This document shows positions 8,954 through 19,023 of a stretch of DNA of 64,000 nucleotides, in pieces (within the stretch, counting starts at the first letter, position 1; the number at the start of each line of letters is the position of its first letter). The notes beneath the pieces were generated by a model. The model did not search any database. It was given only the letters and a program-made list of their open reading frames with translations, and was not told where the DNA came from. The position numbers and the translations under genes are program-made. This DNA is from Coleofasciculus sp. B1-GNL1-01 (lineage in GTDB: Bacteria; Cyanobacteriota; Cyanobacteriia; Cyanobacteriales; Coleofasciculaceae). The stretch lies in the NCBI GenBank assembly GCA_040220235.1, contig JAVJTO010000017.1. One strand, 5' to 3'.

Positions 8954-10030
8954 TCAGTAGTCTTGATCATCCCCAGGCTCAGCATTAGCCGCCTGGAGTA
9001 GTTGAAATTGCCGCCGAATCAACCGCTGCACGGCAATGATTGCGGGATTGACTTCCACATAGCGACGCTGGGGATTTGCCAGATAGGTTCGCTGCTCACT
9101 TTCCATCATTTCAATATCTTGATTGAGAAATCGCATAAATACAAACCGTTCCAGTATGGTAGACAAGAGGGGGTCGAATAGCTTACGGAACCATGGGGGT
9201 AGGGGAACCTTGAAAAAGAATAGAGCAAAGGAGCGACTTTCCGTTAATCCGATGGGGAGGCGCATCAGGTAGAGGTTAGAGACGCCTTCTAGAGAACTGT
9301 AATAATGGGGATAGCGATACTGTACCGATATCGTGCGCCGAGTCACTTGATCCGCGCGATCGCTTAACCCTAACCATTGAGCCATACGCCCTTTATAGGA
9401 GACATCGTACTCCGCACAGACGGTATTTTCCGTTTCCTGCAACCGCTTGAGAACTGGATCAAACCATCCTTGCAGGTTTTGGTGCAAAAATCCATGAAAA
9501 ACATCCATGGAATTTTCATTACAGATAGAAAAATGAGACTTCATCCTGGCACTCACGGGAACCATAAACCAGTCCGGATGGTCAAATTCTGGCATATCTG
9601 GCGGTTGACAGGTTTTGGCTAAGGTAGGATCTCCAGGAAAGATCCAAATCAGCTTGTATTTTTCCTGAATCGGATAAGTACGGACTTGAGCGCAGGGTAG
9701 TTTCTGTTCTGGGGGAAAGTAGGGAATGCCTACACACTTTCCTGCACCATCAAACTGCCAGCCATGATAAGGACAGGCTAAATACTCATCTTGAACAATG
9801 CCTTTATGCAGTTCTACACCTTTGTGAGGACAAGCATTTTCTAACGCATGGAGTTGACCGATGGGAGTCCGGTAAACGGCGAGCGATTGTTGCCAAATCT
9901 TGACAGGTAAGATTTTACCCGGTTGGATTTGATTTGCCCAAGCCACGGGATACCAGTAGTTAGGGTTAATCCCTACTTCTCTAATCACGTTTTGCACGTT
10001 TTGGCTAGTTAGCGTTGTCGCCAGTTCCAT
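8954..10030 (-). CDS. Rieske [2Fe-2S] non-heme iron oxygenase, alpha subunit-like
   Basis: CPHKG...CPYHGW Rieske motif and ENSMDVFHGFLH mononuclear Fe motif. Confidence 0.92.
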   Translation of the reverse strand: MELATTLTSQNVQNVIREVGINPNYWYPVAWANQIQPGKILPVKIWQQSLAVYRTPIGQLHALENACPHKGVELHKGIVQDEYLACPYHGWQFDGAGKCVGIPYFPPEQKLPCAQVRTYPIQEKYKLIWIFPGDPTLAKTCQPPDMPEFDHPDWFMVPVSARMKSHFSICNENSMDVFHGFLHQNLQGWFDPVLKRLQETENTVCAEYDVSYKGRMAQWLGLSDRADQVTRRTISVQYRYPHYYSSLEGVSNLYLMRLPIGLTESRSFALFFFKVPLPPWFRKLFDPLLSTILERFVFMRFLNQDIEMMESEQRTYLANPQRRYVEVNPAIIAVQRLIRRQFQLLQAANAEPGDDQDY

Positions 10031-10184
10031 ATCGGAGCCTCTGTTGTCGATTGACCATATTTATCTTGTAATTTTTTAGGAGTCAATGCATTGGATCGTC
10101 ATTCGTCTTATGTCATTCGTCTTATGTCTCCCCTGGCTTGGAGCCTTCTGCTATAGTTGTCAAAATATTTAGGTATTTTAAGTT

Positions 10185-11333
10185 ATGTTACGTGATCCTC
10201 GGCTGTTAGTGCTGCTAGTCGCTGGCTCTCTCACCACCATGGCGGGGGGAGTGGTGGCACCAATTTTGCCAGAGATGATCCAGCAACTTAACCTTGATCC
10301 GGCATTAGCAGGAAATTTGGTCAGCCTGCATTGCCTAACCATTGCCCTATTTAGTCCACCGTTAGGAATCGTGGCAGATCGGATAGGGCATCTGCGGGTG
10401 CTGATCCCGTCATTAGTTCTCTACGCCTTATTTGGCGTAGCTGGTGCCTTCATGCACTCACTGATACCGTTGTTAGTTGTGCGGGGGTTATTGGGTGCTG
10501 CGAGTGGCGGAATTGCGGCGGCGGGTTTGGGCATCTTGGGGAACATGTATGAAGGCGAAGCGCGATCGCAGGCGTTGGGATACGCAACCAGTACCCTAAC
10601 TATTATGGGCATTGCTTTTCCCCTACTTGGGGGTTGGGTGGGTTCATTTCACTGGCAATGGGCATTTGGTCTGTATGGGATAGGACTACCTCTAGCAATC
10701 TTAGCCGCACAGTTCTTACCGGAAAAATCCTCCCCAAAAACCAAGGCAGACACTAAAGATGCTGGAAGTAAACTGCGCCAGGTTTTAGGACGCCCCTACA
10801 CCCTACGCCTCTTATCCACACTCTGTTTAGTATCCATTGCCATGTACGCGGTGGTCATTTATGCCCCGCAATATCTCAAACAAACCATTGACGCCACAAG
10901 CGTGGTGAATGGAATTGTTTTAGCATCACGGGCAATAGGCGCAGCCATTATATCAGCATTTGGCGCGAAAAAGCTTGCCCAGCGCTGGGGACGACCTACA
11001 ACTGTTGCGATCGGGTTAGGTCTGATGGCGTTAACTTTAAGTACGATTCCCATCCTGCACCAACTGGGTTGGATTTTGGTGACGGCTGTATTCTTTGGTA
11101 TGGGATTTGGTTTGGTACTTCCCACCCTTTACGGCACTCTGGCGAATCTAGCTCCTCCAGACCTGAAATCCAGTGTACTAGCGGCTGGGACAGGTGCGGG
11201 GTTTTTGGGACAGTTTATATCTCCTATCCTGTTAGGACCCGTGTTAGCGTCCTGCGGTTTAGAGTGGGTGTTCTATGCGGCGGCAGTTGTGGCACTATTG
11301 GCAGGATTGTTGCTATTTGCTCATAAGCCATAA
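10185..11333 (+). CDS. MFS transporter
   Basis: About 12 hydrophobic segments and the GIVADRIG motif A. Confidence 0.92.
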   Translation: MLRDPRLLVLLVAGSLTTMAGGVVAPILPEMIQQLNLDPALAGNLVSLHCLTIALFSPPLGIVADRIGHLRVLIPSLVLYALFGVAGAFMHSLIPLLVVRGLLGAASGGIAAAGLGILGNMYEGEARSQALGYATSTLTIMGIAFPLLGGWVGSFHWQWAFGLYGIGLPLAILAAQFLPEKSSPKTKADTKDAGSKLRQVLGRPYTLRLLSTLCLVSIAMYAVVIYAPQYLKQTIDATSVVNGIVLASRAIGAAIISAFGAKKLAQRWGRPTTVAIGLGLMALTLSTIPILHQLGWILVTAVFFGMGFGLVLPTLYGTLANLAPPDLKSSVLAAGTGAGFLGQFISPILLGPVLASCGLEWVFYAAAVVALLAGLLLFAHKP

Positions 11334-11763
11334 ATCATTGATCCGGGAATAGGGAACACCTCGGCTTCGCTCGGTGTGTAACAGGGAACAGGGAACAGGG
11401 CATTTCACTATTATCGTTTTGTTCTCACCCTGATCTAACTAAACCAGCCCCAACGCTAAGTTGCTGCTTTACTTCCCCTTTAAACTATCTACCAATTCTT
11501 AAAGATTTGAGTAATCTAGACGTGAACATCTATCTTCCTGGTTAAAAATTGGATACGATTACATAAACACAGGAATCATAAACATTTAAGGGACAAAAAT
11601 CATCTGAGTTTAATCTCGTTAGAGTTAATTATTCCTTAGATTTTGTCCACCTAAGTATCTGCCTTATCTTTATCCAATTCCGACCAGGACTTGCCCTTAG
11701 AGGTGTATCGTGCATCAATCCCCAATTTATTTCTCAGACACCTAAACTGTTCCTTTCAATGGA

Positions 11764-12663
11764 TTGCAAGATATACCTAAAATGATGTTCATTGATGTTG
11801 TTTCTAATCCTACCGCAGGTATTGAGTTTAACTCCTTTCAAAAAGGTAATAATTACTTAAACCGTATTTGTCGTTTTATTCTTGCCAAGAAAATTGGCAA
11901 GATGAAGATAAGTGATATTCAGGCTCAATCTCAAATTTCAATTTTCCAGGATATTGATTTTACCGAGACTATTCACTCACTGAAACACAACGGAATTTAT
12001 CAAAACCTTAACCTCCCTGCACCGATTATCCAAGAAATCCGAGACTTGGCACTGACAAATACTTGCCATGACCCCAATAATCCCCAATTCAGTTTTTCAG
12101 TCTCGGAAAAAGAAGAAGTGATGAGGCAGACTGGAAAACCATTAGTTAGGGGAATTTACAACAAAAGTCTAGTGTCATGTCCAGCCATCAAAAAATTAGA
12201 AACTGATTCAACATTATTAGCAATTGCTGCTACATACCTCAACGCCGAACCCATTCACCAAGACACTCAGCTTTGGTGGAGTTTTGCCGTAGAGTCAACT
12301 CTGTATGAACGACGCCAAGAGGCTCAGCGGTTTTATCGAGCCGCGAATAACCCGCGTAGTTTGACCTTTTACTTTTATCTAACCGATGTAGATTTGTGCA
12401 GTAATCCTCATGTTTGCGTGCTGGAGAGTCACCGAAAGAAAACTCTTGCCTCTCGGTTTTTGCGTAAAGACCATTCACTCCGAGAAATTAGCCAGTATTA
12501 TGGTTATCCCAATATAACCTCTATTTGTGGTAAAGCAGGTTTTGGATTTGTAGAAGATGCCCGTTGCTTTCGCAAAAAAAGCTCTCCCAGCAGTAACGAT
12601 CGCTTAACCTTGGAACTCAAATTTACCGCTCAACCGCGACCTAAACGCAAAACATTACCTTAA
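11764..12663 (+). CDS. PhyH/2OG-Fe(II) dioxygenase-like protein, apparently lacking metal ligands (start uncertain)
   Basis: LWWSF, FYFYLTDVD...PHVCV.ESH, ICGKAGFGFVED and DRL.LEL resemble a cyanobacterial PhyH-like family. Confidence 0.6.
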   Translation: MQDIPKMMFIDVVSNPTAGIEFNSFQKGNNYLNRICRFILAKKIGKMKISDIQAQSQISIFQDIDFTETIHSLKHNGIYQNLNLPAPIIQEIRDLALTNTCHDPNNPQFSFSVSEKEEVMRQTGKPLVRGIYNKSLVSCPAIKKLETDSTLLAIAATYLNAEPIHQDTQLWWSFAVESTLYERRQEAQRFYRAANNPRSLTFYFYLTDVDLCSNPHVCVLESHRKKTLASRFLRKDHSLREISQYYGYPNITSICGKAGFGFVEDARCFRKKSSPSSNDRLTLELKFTAQPRPKRKTLP

Positions 12664-12684
12664 CAGAAGATTAAAACTATTGCC

Positions 12685-12787
12685 TAAGCTGTCATGCATT
12701 TAAATTGGGAATGGGTAGCGAGCAAGATGCTCGCACTACAAGGATTTCGCCATTATTGATATTAAGGTTTAAATGCCGAACAGCTTA
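12685..12787 (+). mobile_element. MITE family A (TIR taagctgt...acagctta, internal REP hairpin)
   Basis: Terminal inverted repeats and internal gtagcgagcaagatgctcgcactac; six related copies in the window. Confidence 0.88.
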
Positions 12788-12835
12788 TTACCTATTCCCT
12801 CTCCCCACCACCAGACTTATTCAGCAAGCTCTACT

Positions 12836-13052
12836 TAGGGCTTGCTGCATGAGCGTGGAAGCTAGACCAGATAAGGGTTTTAAGCCATTTTTCTACCCAA
12901 CAAGTGCAAGGTTTTTACACTATAACCGTCAAAACCCTGGAATTTGTGCCTCCGCCAACGCCAAATTTTCCCTCGACAGAGGCTTGAAACCATTGCCCAT
13001 TGCCTATTCCCTATTGCCTCTCCCCACCACAAGACTTATTCAGCAACCCCTA
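12836..13052. mobile_element. MITE family C (TIR tagggcttgctg...cagcaaccccta) with a duplicated right end at 12790-12833
   Basis: Terminal inverted repeat; ctccccacca..agacttattcagcaa..ctacttag is present twice. Confidence 0.7.
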
Positions 13053-14411
13053 CTTAGACATGGACTCTCGAAACTGAGACAAAACCCGATCCAAACCCAC
13101 AGAACGTGAGGCTTTGAACAGTAAGCGATCGCCAGGTTGAACAAATTCCTGTAAATACTGCACCAAGGCGTCATCCTGGGCAAAACCTTTGCTGGGTAAC
13201 GTTGAGAGTCCCCTAGTAATGGCTTCGGCTTCCTGATCCTTAAGAGTAATCAAGACTGTATCTAAGTTGAGTTGCTGGGCTTTCTGTCCAACTTGTTGGT
13301 GCAGTCGTTCCGAATGGTTTCCTAATTCCTTCATCGAGCCCAAAATAGCAATGTGTCGCTTACCCGGCGTCTGGGCAAGGAGTTGTAACGCCGCGATCAT
13401 GGCTTCAAATCCAGCATTATAGGTTTCATCAAGAATCACGATATCATTAGGCAACTCATAGCGTTGCGATCGCCCCCCAGACATCTGAACCGATAATCCT
13501 TGACTCAAGGGTGTCCAATCAATCTGGAGATGTTTCGCCACGGCTAGGGCGGCTAAATAGTTGAGGGCATTATGTTCCCCCGGTAAGGGTAAGGGAAATG
13601 TGATACCATCCACCATTAGCCTAAACAAGTCAATGAGTTTCCCCTGAACATCACCCCCGTTTAAGCCAAACGTCAATGTTTCCCCTTGCCAAACCGTAGC
13701 CGCCGTATCCATTAAGCGTTGATTATCATGATTGAGAATCGCCAAGCTTGTATCTGGCATCTGCGCCAATAACTCACACTTTGCCTGTGCGATCGCATCC
13801 TCCGATCCTAAAAGTCCAATATGCGCCGTCCCCACATTCGTAATCACGCCGATCATCGGACGGGCAATTTGGGTCAATAGGGCAATTTGCCCAGAACCCC
13901 GCATCGCCATTTCAATCACAGCATAATCATGGTTGGAGTCTAATTCCAGCAATGTTTTTGGCACACCAATCTCATTATTGTAATTCGCCTGGGTTTTCAG
14001 GACATTACCCTGAGTAGACAAAACCGCCGCGATTAATTCCTTCGTCGTCGTTTTTCCCGCAGAACCCGTAACCGCAATTACAGGAATATCAAACTGATCG
14101 CGCCACCATCGAGCCAGTTGCTGATATGCCTGTAGAGTATCATCGACTTGAAGCTGGGGTATGCCTTGAAGATGATACCCTTGGTCACGGTTGGCAATCA
14201 CCGCGATCGCCCCTTTCTCAATCGCTACCTCAGCGTAATCATGTCCATCAAAGGTTTCTCCCCGCAGCGCTAGAAAGATTTGACCCGGTTCTAGGCTACG
14301 GGTATCGGTTGTAATACCAAAGACCTCCTGACTAGACATTGGTACTGACAGATTAACCGGAGTAGCCGCGAGAACTTCGATGAATTGGGTTAAAGAAATC
14401 TGACAAGGCAT
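13050..14411 (-). CDS. murF: UDP-MurNAc-tripeptide D-Ala-D-Ala ligase
   Basis: DTRSL, GETFDGH, TGSAGKTTTKE, NYNNEIGVP, DETYNA and KASR. Confidence 0.96.
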   Translation of the reverse strand: MPCQISLTQFIEVLAATPVNLSVPMSSQEVFGITTDTRSLEPGQIFLALRGETFDGHDYAEVAIEKGAIAVIANRDQGYHLQGIPQLQVDDTLQAYQQLARWWRDQFDIPVIAVTGSAGKTTTKELIAAVLSTQGNVLKTQANYNNEIGVPKTLLELDSNHDYAVIEMAMRGSGQIALLTQIARPMIGVITNVGTAHIGLLGSEDAIAQAKCELLAQMPDTSLAILNHDNQRLMDTAATVWQGETLTFGLNGGDVQGKLIDLFRLMVDGITFPLPLPGEHNALNYLAALAVAKHLQIDWTPLSQGLSVQMSGGRSQRYELPNDIVILDETYNAGFEAMIAALQLLAQTPGKRHIAILGSMKELGNHSERLHQQVGQKAQQLNLDTVLITLKDQEAEAITRGLSTLPSKGFAQDDALVQYLQEFVQPGDRLLFKASRSVGLDRVLSQFRESMSK

Positions 14412-14808
14412 AATTCCAGGGTGGTGAATAGGTTGTGGCTAGTTGTGGTGATGGGAGTGAGCGAGCCACACTCATCCCCTACCCAATTTCTGACTGATTC
14501 AAAAACTCAAGGATCTTTATAATCTATATAAATGAGTGTTTTATGCCATATTCACTGAATCTTTACAATTTTGCTGCATAATTTTACAGTATGATCCATA
14601 CTTAGTTTAGTATGCTTGTATATAGAGATAATATAGTTTATTAGATTTAAGCAACTCTTGACCAAGCTCGTTTAGGCGGGGTAATTCATAAAATGCATCA
14701 GGGTTTTCGGTTGTTGAGATACAGGGCAAGTCAAATTTGAGCTTAGATCTGCCAAATTTCATTCAAATCAACCAGCCCACGGCGTTTGCGCGTAGGGGGT
14801 AAACTGAA

Positions 14809-16083
14809 GTGAATACTAGTACTTGGACAGACTCTGACATCAGACAAACTAGCTCACAAGAGCAGCAACTGTACGACCATCTCCTGTATTGCGTACAGGT
14901 AGAATCTCCGACGCAGACGCTTGAACGCTTCAAACAGCTATTCATGGACGGCTCTCGATATGCAGAGCCGGAAATCTGGATGGTCTTGGAAAAGCTGGCA
15001 ATGGATAAGCAGGCTGAGCAAGATTTCAAGTTTATCCTAAATCGTTGCTGTCACATTCTGATTAACCGCTGGCAAATACAACCGCAACACCAAAGTGCCA
15101 TCCCTGAATTGGTCGCATTACTGGATAATATTCCACCCGCAACCGGGGTTTATTCTCGCGGTTCTAGGCGTCTGCGACATCTGCTACAGCTTTTTAAAGA
15201 AACCGACCAATATCTTACCCTACATCGCTTATCTCAGGTAGTCGGTGAAACATCCACCAGTTCTAAAGAAGTCGGACCTCTAATTCAGCGATACCCCTAT
15301 TTGTACGAACACTGTTTGCTGAGTGAAGACAGCAGTTATGAACATCAACAAACCGTCCGGCAAATTCAATCCCGGCTTCAGCAGCGCTTCGAGCTAGATT
15401 TGTCAAAGTACGTGACTTATCAGGTGCGATGCGCCAAAATGAAGCGACAGGACTCGAAAGACGCTTCGACTAAAATTATCCAACCTGTCAAAAATCCCAC
15501 CCTTCTAACGGATCATGAACTGGGGACTGCCCTAAAACAGTTTGTCGGCAAAGTTCAAGGCTCTCATACGTGCCGGGATCTGGCTCAAAGTTTCCTCACC
15601 CATAGCAGCCAGACTCCTTGCTACAAAGACTTTAAGGACGATTTGTATGAGTATCTGACAGCTTCCATTGATTCAGCCTATGGCAAACGCCAATTTAATA
15701 GTCGGTTGTATGAGCATCTGAACAATACCTTACCTCAAAGCGATAATCAGAAGCCCAGCGAATTTCTGATTTTGCGAACCTGTAGCCAGTTATTAAATTT
15801 TCTGGTTGTTGAGAGTTCTCAGCGACCGAAGCATTTTGTTTTTGTTGATCTGATCACGAATTTAGGCGCAACAGTTACTACCGTGTTGTTACTTAAGATT
15901 GTGCTGCTGTGTCGTAAAGTTAAGCCCTATTTAGAGAAGCGATTTTCTATTTTGTTTAACCATTACGAGTCTTCTACGAGAGACGGTGTACCCTGGTTAA
16001 TTAAGTCTCTGGAAAATTTAAATGTTGCGTTTAGTATTCATTTTGGTAGAGCTGACGTGTCCTGCCTGAATCAAATTATGTAA
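14809..16083 (+). CDS. Hypothetical protein (cyanobacterial type, function unknown)
   Basis: 424-aa ORF with natural composition; FILNRCCHILINRW and RYPYLYEH blocks look conserved. Confidence 0.8.
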   Translation: MNTSTWTDSDIRQTSSQEQQLYDHLLYCVQVESPTQTLERFKQLFMDGSRYAEPEIWMVLEKLAMDKQAEQDFKFILNRCCHILINRWQIQPQHQSAIPELVALLDNIPPATGVYSRGSRRLRHLLQLFKETDQYLTLHRLSQVVGETSTSSKEVGPLIQRYPYLYEHCLLSEDSSYEHQQTVRQIQSRLQQRFELDLSKYVTYQVRCAKMKRQDSKDASTKIIQPVKNPTLLTDHELGTALKQFVGKVQGSHTCRDLAQSFLTHSSQTPCYKDFKDDLYEYLTASIDSAYGKRQFNSRLYEHLNNTLPQSDNQKPSEFLILRTCSQLLNFLVVESSQRPKHFVFVDLITNLGATVTTVLLLKIVLLCRKVKPYLEKRFSILFNHYESSTRDGVPWLIKSLENLNVAFSIHFGRADVSCLNQIM

Positions 16084-16084
16084 A

Positions 16085-16227
16085 TTGGTCATTGGTCATT
16101 GGTCATTTGTCATTTGTCATTTGTCATTCGTTAATTCAAAACCAGGTTCCCTTGAGCGAAGTCAAGTCGGACGGGTTTAGTCACATCTGGGTGTAAAGGA
16201 AACGATAGTAGTGAAACCCGCCCCTAC
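16085..16227. repeat. STRR heptamers (TCATTGG/TCATTTG) plus a gggcgggttt/aaacccgcccctac REP element
   Basis: Visible tandem 7-mers and the REP arm aaacccgcccctac. Confidence 0.8.
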
Positions 16228-16238
16228 ACACTCAACAC

Positions 16239-17687
16239 TCAATTCCGATGCCAACGAGTGACACCACCGGATTGATCAATCAGCGTAATTCCTTGGGCTT
16301 TCAGTTCATCCCGAATGCGATCGCTCATCTCAAAATCCTTCCGTTTCCGCGCCTCGGTACGTTGCTGAATCAGTGCTTCAATTTCTGCATCACTTAATCC
16401 ACTCGTCGATTCCTGACTAATGTCCTCCCCTTGCGCCTCAAGTCCAAACACCCGCGCCAGTTCTACTAAAGTATGCCATTGTGCCTCTAACTCCTGGGGC
16501 GATGTTCGGGTTTTCCCTTCATGCACCAAAATATTCCCCTCACGCCCCAATTCTTTTGCCAATTCAAATAATACAGCTAACCCTTCGGCGAAATTGAAAT
16601 CATCATCAACAGCAGTTTGAAACCGTTCTACCGCCGTCGTTTGCCGTTTATCTGAGTCTTGCCACCCCAGTTGTTCACCATACTGAACGCCAAACAGCAA
16701 TCCCTCCTTCAGCGTATGCCACCCATTCGTCGCCGCCGCCAACGCCTCATCGGTAAAATCTAAGGGCTTGCGATACTGTGCCTGGAGGACAAACAACCGT
16801 ACCGCCATCGGATCAGTGGGGCGATCGAGTAAATCCCGAATGGTGATAAAATTCCCCAAGGATTTGGACATCTTCTCCCCATTCACAATCACCATCCCTG
16901 TATGTAACCAGTAACGCGCCAAGGGTTGACCCGTCACCGCTTCTGATTGGGCAATTTCATTCTCGTGGTGGGGAAAAATTAAATCCGATCCCCCCGCATG
17001 AATATCCACCGTGTCCCCCAAATTGTCCCGAATCATCGCCGAACACTCAATATGCCAGCCCGGACGTCCCGCCCCCCACGGCGATTCCCAGGCAGGTTCT
17101 CCGGGCTTAGAACCCTTCCACAGGGCAAAATCAAAAGCGTCCTTTTTCTTAGCCGCCTCTGTATCCGCTACCTCAACTCGCCCACTCGCCCCCGCTTGCA
17201 ACTCCTCTAACTTTCGTCCCGACAACTTGCCATACTCCCCAAAACGACGCACAGCATAGTAAACATCTCCAGCGGCGGGGTAAGCGTAATTTTTCTGTTC
17301 TAAATCATAAATGAGTCGCTTAATCCCATCCAGGCAATGCGTCGCCCGAGGATAGGCATCAGCATCCTTCACATTCAGCCGCGCCATATCCTCAAAATAC
17401 GCCTGAATGAAGCGTTCCGAGACAGCCTCCATCGAGGTTCCCTCTTGTCGCGCCCGATTCAGGATTTTATCGTCAATATCGGTAAAATTCTGTACGTAGT
17501 TCACATCATAGCCACGCCATTGTAAATAACGACGGGCAGTATCCCAGATAATGCAGGTTCTAGCATGACCCAAATGGCAATAGTCATAAGCGGTGATGCC
17601 GCAGCAATACATCCGCACCTTACCCGTCTCTACAGGGGAAAACGGTTCTTTACGACGGGTGAGTGTGTTGTACAGGGTTAGGGTCAT
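16239..17687 (-). CDS. cysS: Cysteine--tRNA ligase
   Basis: HLGH, GRPGWHIECSAM and KMSKS. Confidence 0.98.
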   Translation of the reverse strand: MTLTLYNTLTRRKEPFSPVETGKVRMYCCGITAYDYCHLGHARTCIIWDTARRYLQWRGYDVNYVQNFTDIDDKILNRARQEGTSMEAVSERFIQAYFEDMARLNVKDADAYPRATHCLDGIKRLIYDLEQKNYAYPAAGDVYYAVRRFGEYGKLSGRKLEELQAGASGRVEVADTEAAKKKDAFDFALWKGSKPGEPAWESPWGAGRPGWHIECSAMIRDNLGDTVDIHAGGSDLIFPHHENEIAQSEAVTGQPLARYWLHTGMVIVNGEKMSKSLGNFITIRDLLDRPTDPMAVRLFVLQAQYRKPLDFTDEALAAATNGWHTLKEGLLFGVQYGEQLGWQDSDKRQTTAVERFQTAVDDDFNFAEGLAVLFELAKELGREGNILVHEGKTRTSPQELEAQWHTLVELARVFGLEAQGEDISQESTSGLSDAEIEALIQQRTEARKRKDFEMSDRIRDELKAQGITLIDQSGGVTRWHRN

Positions 17688-17838
17688 GGCACAAGAACAG
17701 TAAACTCAGTTGGGAACAGATACGCAATAATGGGAAAGGATTGGCAGATCCAGCGTACAGGTTGATGCTTGGTTTAACCACATCTGTACGTTATCTTCCT
17801 ATATTCTGACGTTTAAATACAGTTCAACATAGCGCCTT

Positions 17839-18945
17839 ATGCAATCAGTCACAACTCAGTCTGCATCCGACCCAACCATGGACGCAGCGATACATGGCTT
17901 ACCTGTCACGATTATTACAGGATTTCTCGGCAGTGGCAAAACGACGCTGCTTAATCATATCTTGAGCAACCAAGACGGTGTCAAGACTGCCGTTTTAGTC
18001 AATGAGTTTGGCGAAATTGGCATTGATAATGAACTCATTGTCACCACCGGGGATGACATGGTGGAACTGAGTAATGGTTGTATTTGCTGCACCATTAATG
18101 AAGATTTAGTCAATGCTATTTACAAGGTACTGGAACGGGAGGATAAGGTGGATTACCTGGTGGTGGAAACCACAGGATTAGCTGATCCCCTACCCGTCGC
18201 CCTCACGTTTCTAGGAACCGAACTGCGAGACATGACGCGCCTCGATTCCATCGTTACTGTGGTAGACTGCGAGAATTTCAGTTTGGATCTATTCAATAGC
18301 GAAGCGGCATATAGTCAAATTGCTTACGGCGATATCATTCTGCTGAATAAAATCGACTTAGTTGATGAGGCAGATGTAGACGCCTTGGAGGTGAGAATTC
18401 GCGAAATTAAAGAAGGAGCGAGGATTATTCGCACCACTCAATCCCAAGTGCCATTACCATTGATTTTAAGTGTAGGATTGTTTGAGTCAGATCGGTATTT
18501 TGAGGAATCATCGGCTCATGACCATGATCATCACCATGATCATGATCATCACCATGACCACGATTGCGATCATGACCATCACGATCATGAACATCATCAC
18601 GATCATGATCACTCCCATCACTTAGAAAATGATGGATTTACCTCGATTTCCTTCCAGAGTGATAAACCCTTCAACATCCGGAAGTTTCAATATTTCTTAG
18701 ACAATCAACTGACAACGAATATTTTCCGGGCTAAGGGAATTCTCTGGTTTGATGAGAGTCCAAACCGCCACATTTTCCACCTCAGTGGTAAGCGGTTTAA
18801 TATCGAAGATGATCAGTGGAAAGGGGACAAGAGAAATCAATTGGTGCTAATTGGTCAAGATTTAGACCATGATAAGTTGTACAAGCAACTTGAGAGTTGT
18901 CTTTGTTTACCCTCGGAAAATCGAGGTAAAGGATTTGGGACTTAA
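17839..18945 (+). CDS. CobW/COG0523 family metallochaperone GTPase with a His/Asp-rich insert
   Basis: GFLGSGKTT, NEFGE, GCICC, ETTGLA and NKxD; HD-rich run at about 18518-18620. Confidence 0.93.
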   Translation: MQSVTTQSASDPTMDAAIHGLPVTIITGFLGSGKTTLLNHILSNQDGVKTAVLVNEFGEIGIDNELIVTTGDDMVELSNGCICCTINEDLVNAIYKVLEREDKVDYLVVETTGLADPLPVALTFLGTELRDMTRLDSIVTVVDCENFSLDLFNSEAAYSQIAYGDIILLNKIDLVDEADVDALEVRIREIKEGARIIRTTQSQVPLPLILSVGLFESDRYFEESSAHDHDHHHDHDHHHDHDCDHDHHDHEHHHDHDHSHHLENDGFTSISFQSDKPFNIRKFQYFLDNQLTTNIFRAKGILWFDESPNRHIFHLSGKRFNIEDDQWKGDKRNQLVLIGQDLDHDKLYKQLESCLCLPSENRGKGFGT

Positions 18946-18956
18946 ACGAACTATTG

Positions 18957-18983
18957 TAGAGACGCCCCATGGCGCGTCTCTAC
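18957..18983. repeat. REP palindrome gtagagacg...cgtctctac (also about 42567, 52526, 53197, 54765, 58029)
   Basis: Inverted repeat with GTAG/CTAC ends, multiple copies. Confidence 0.85.
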
Positions 18984-19023
18984 GGTTCCCTGTTCCCTGT
19001 TCCCTCCCCTCACCGACTCTATA

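Noticed and set aside
12705..13109. 134-aa ORF
   Set aside because: It is composed entirely of MITE/STRR sequence and overlaps murF antisense.
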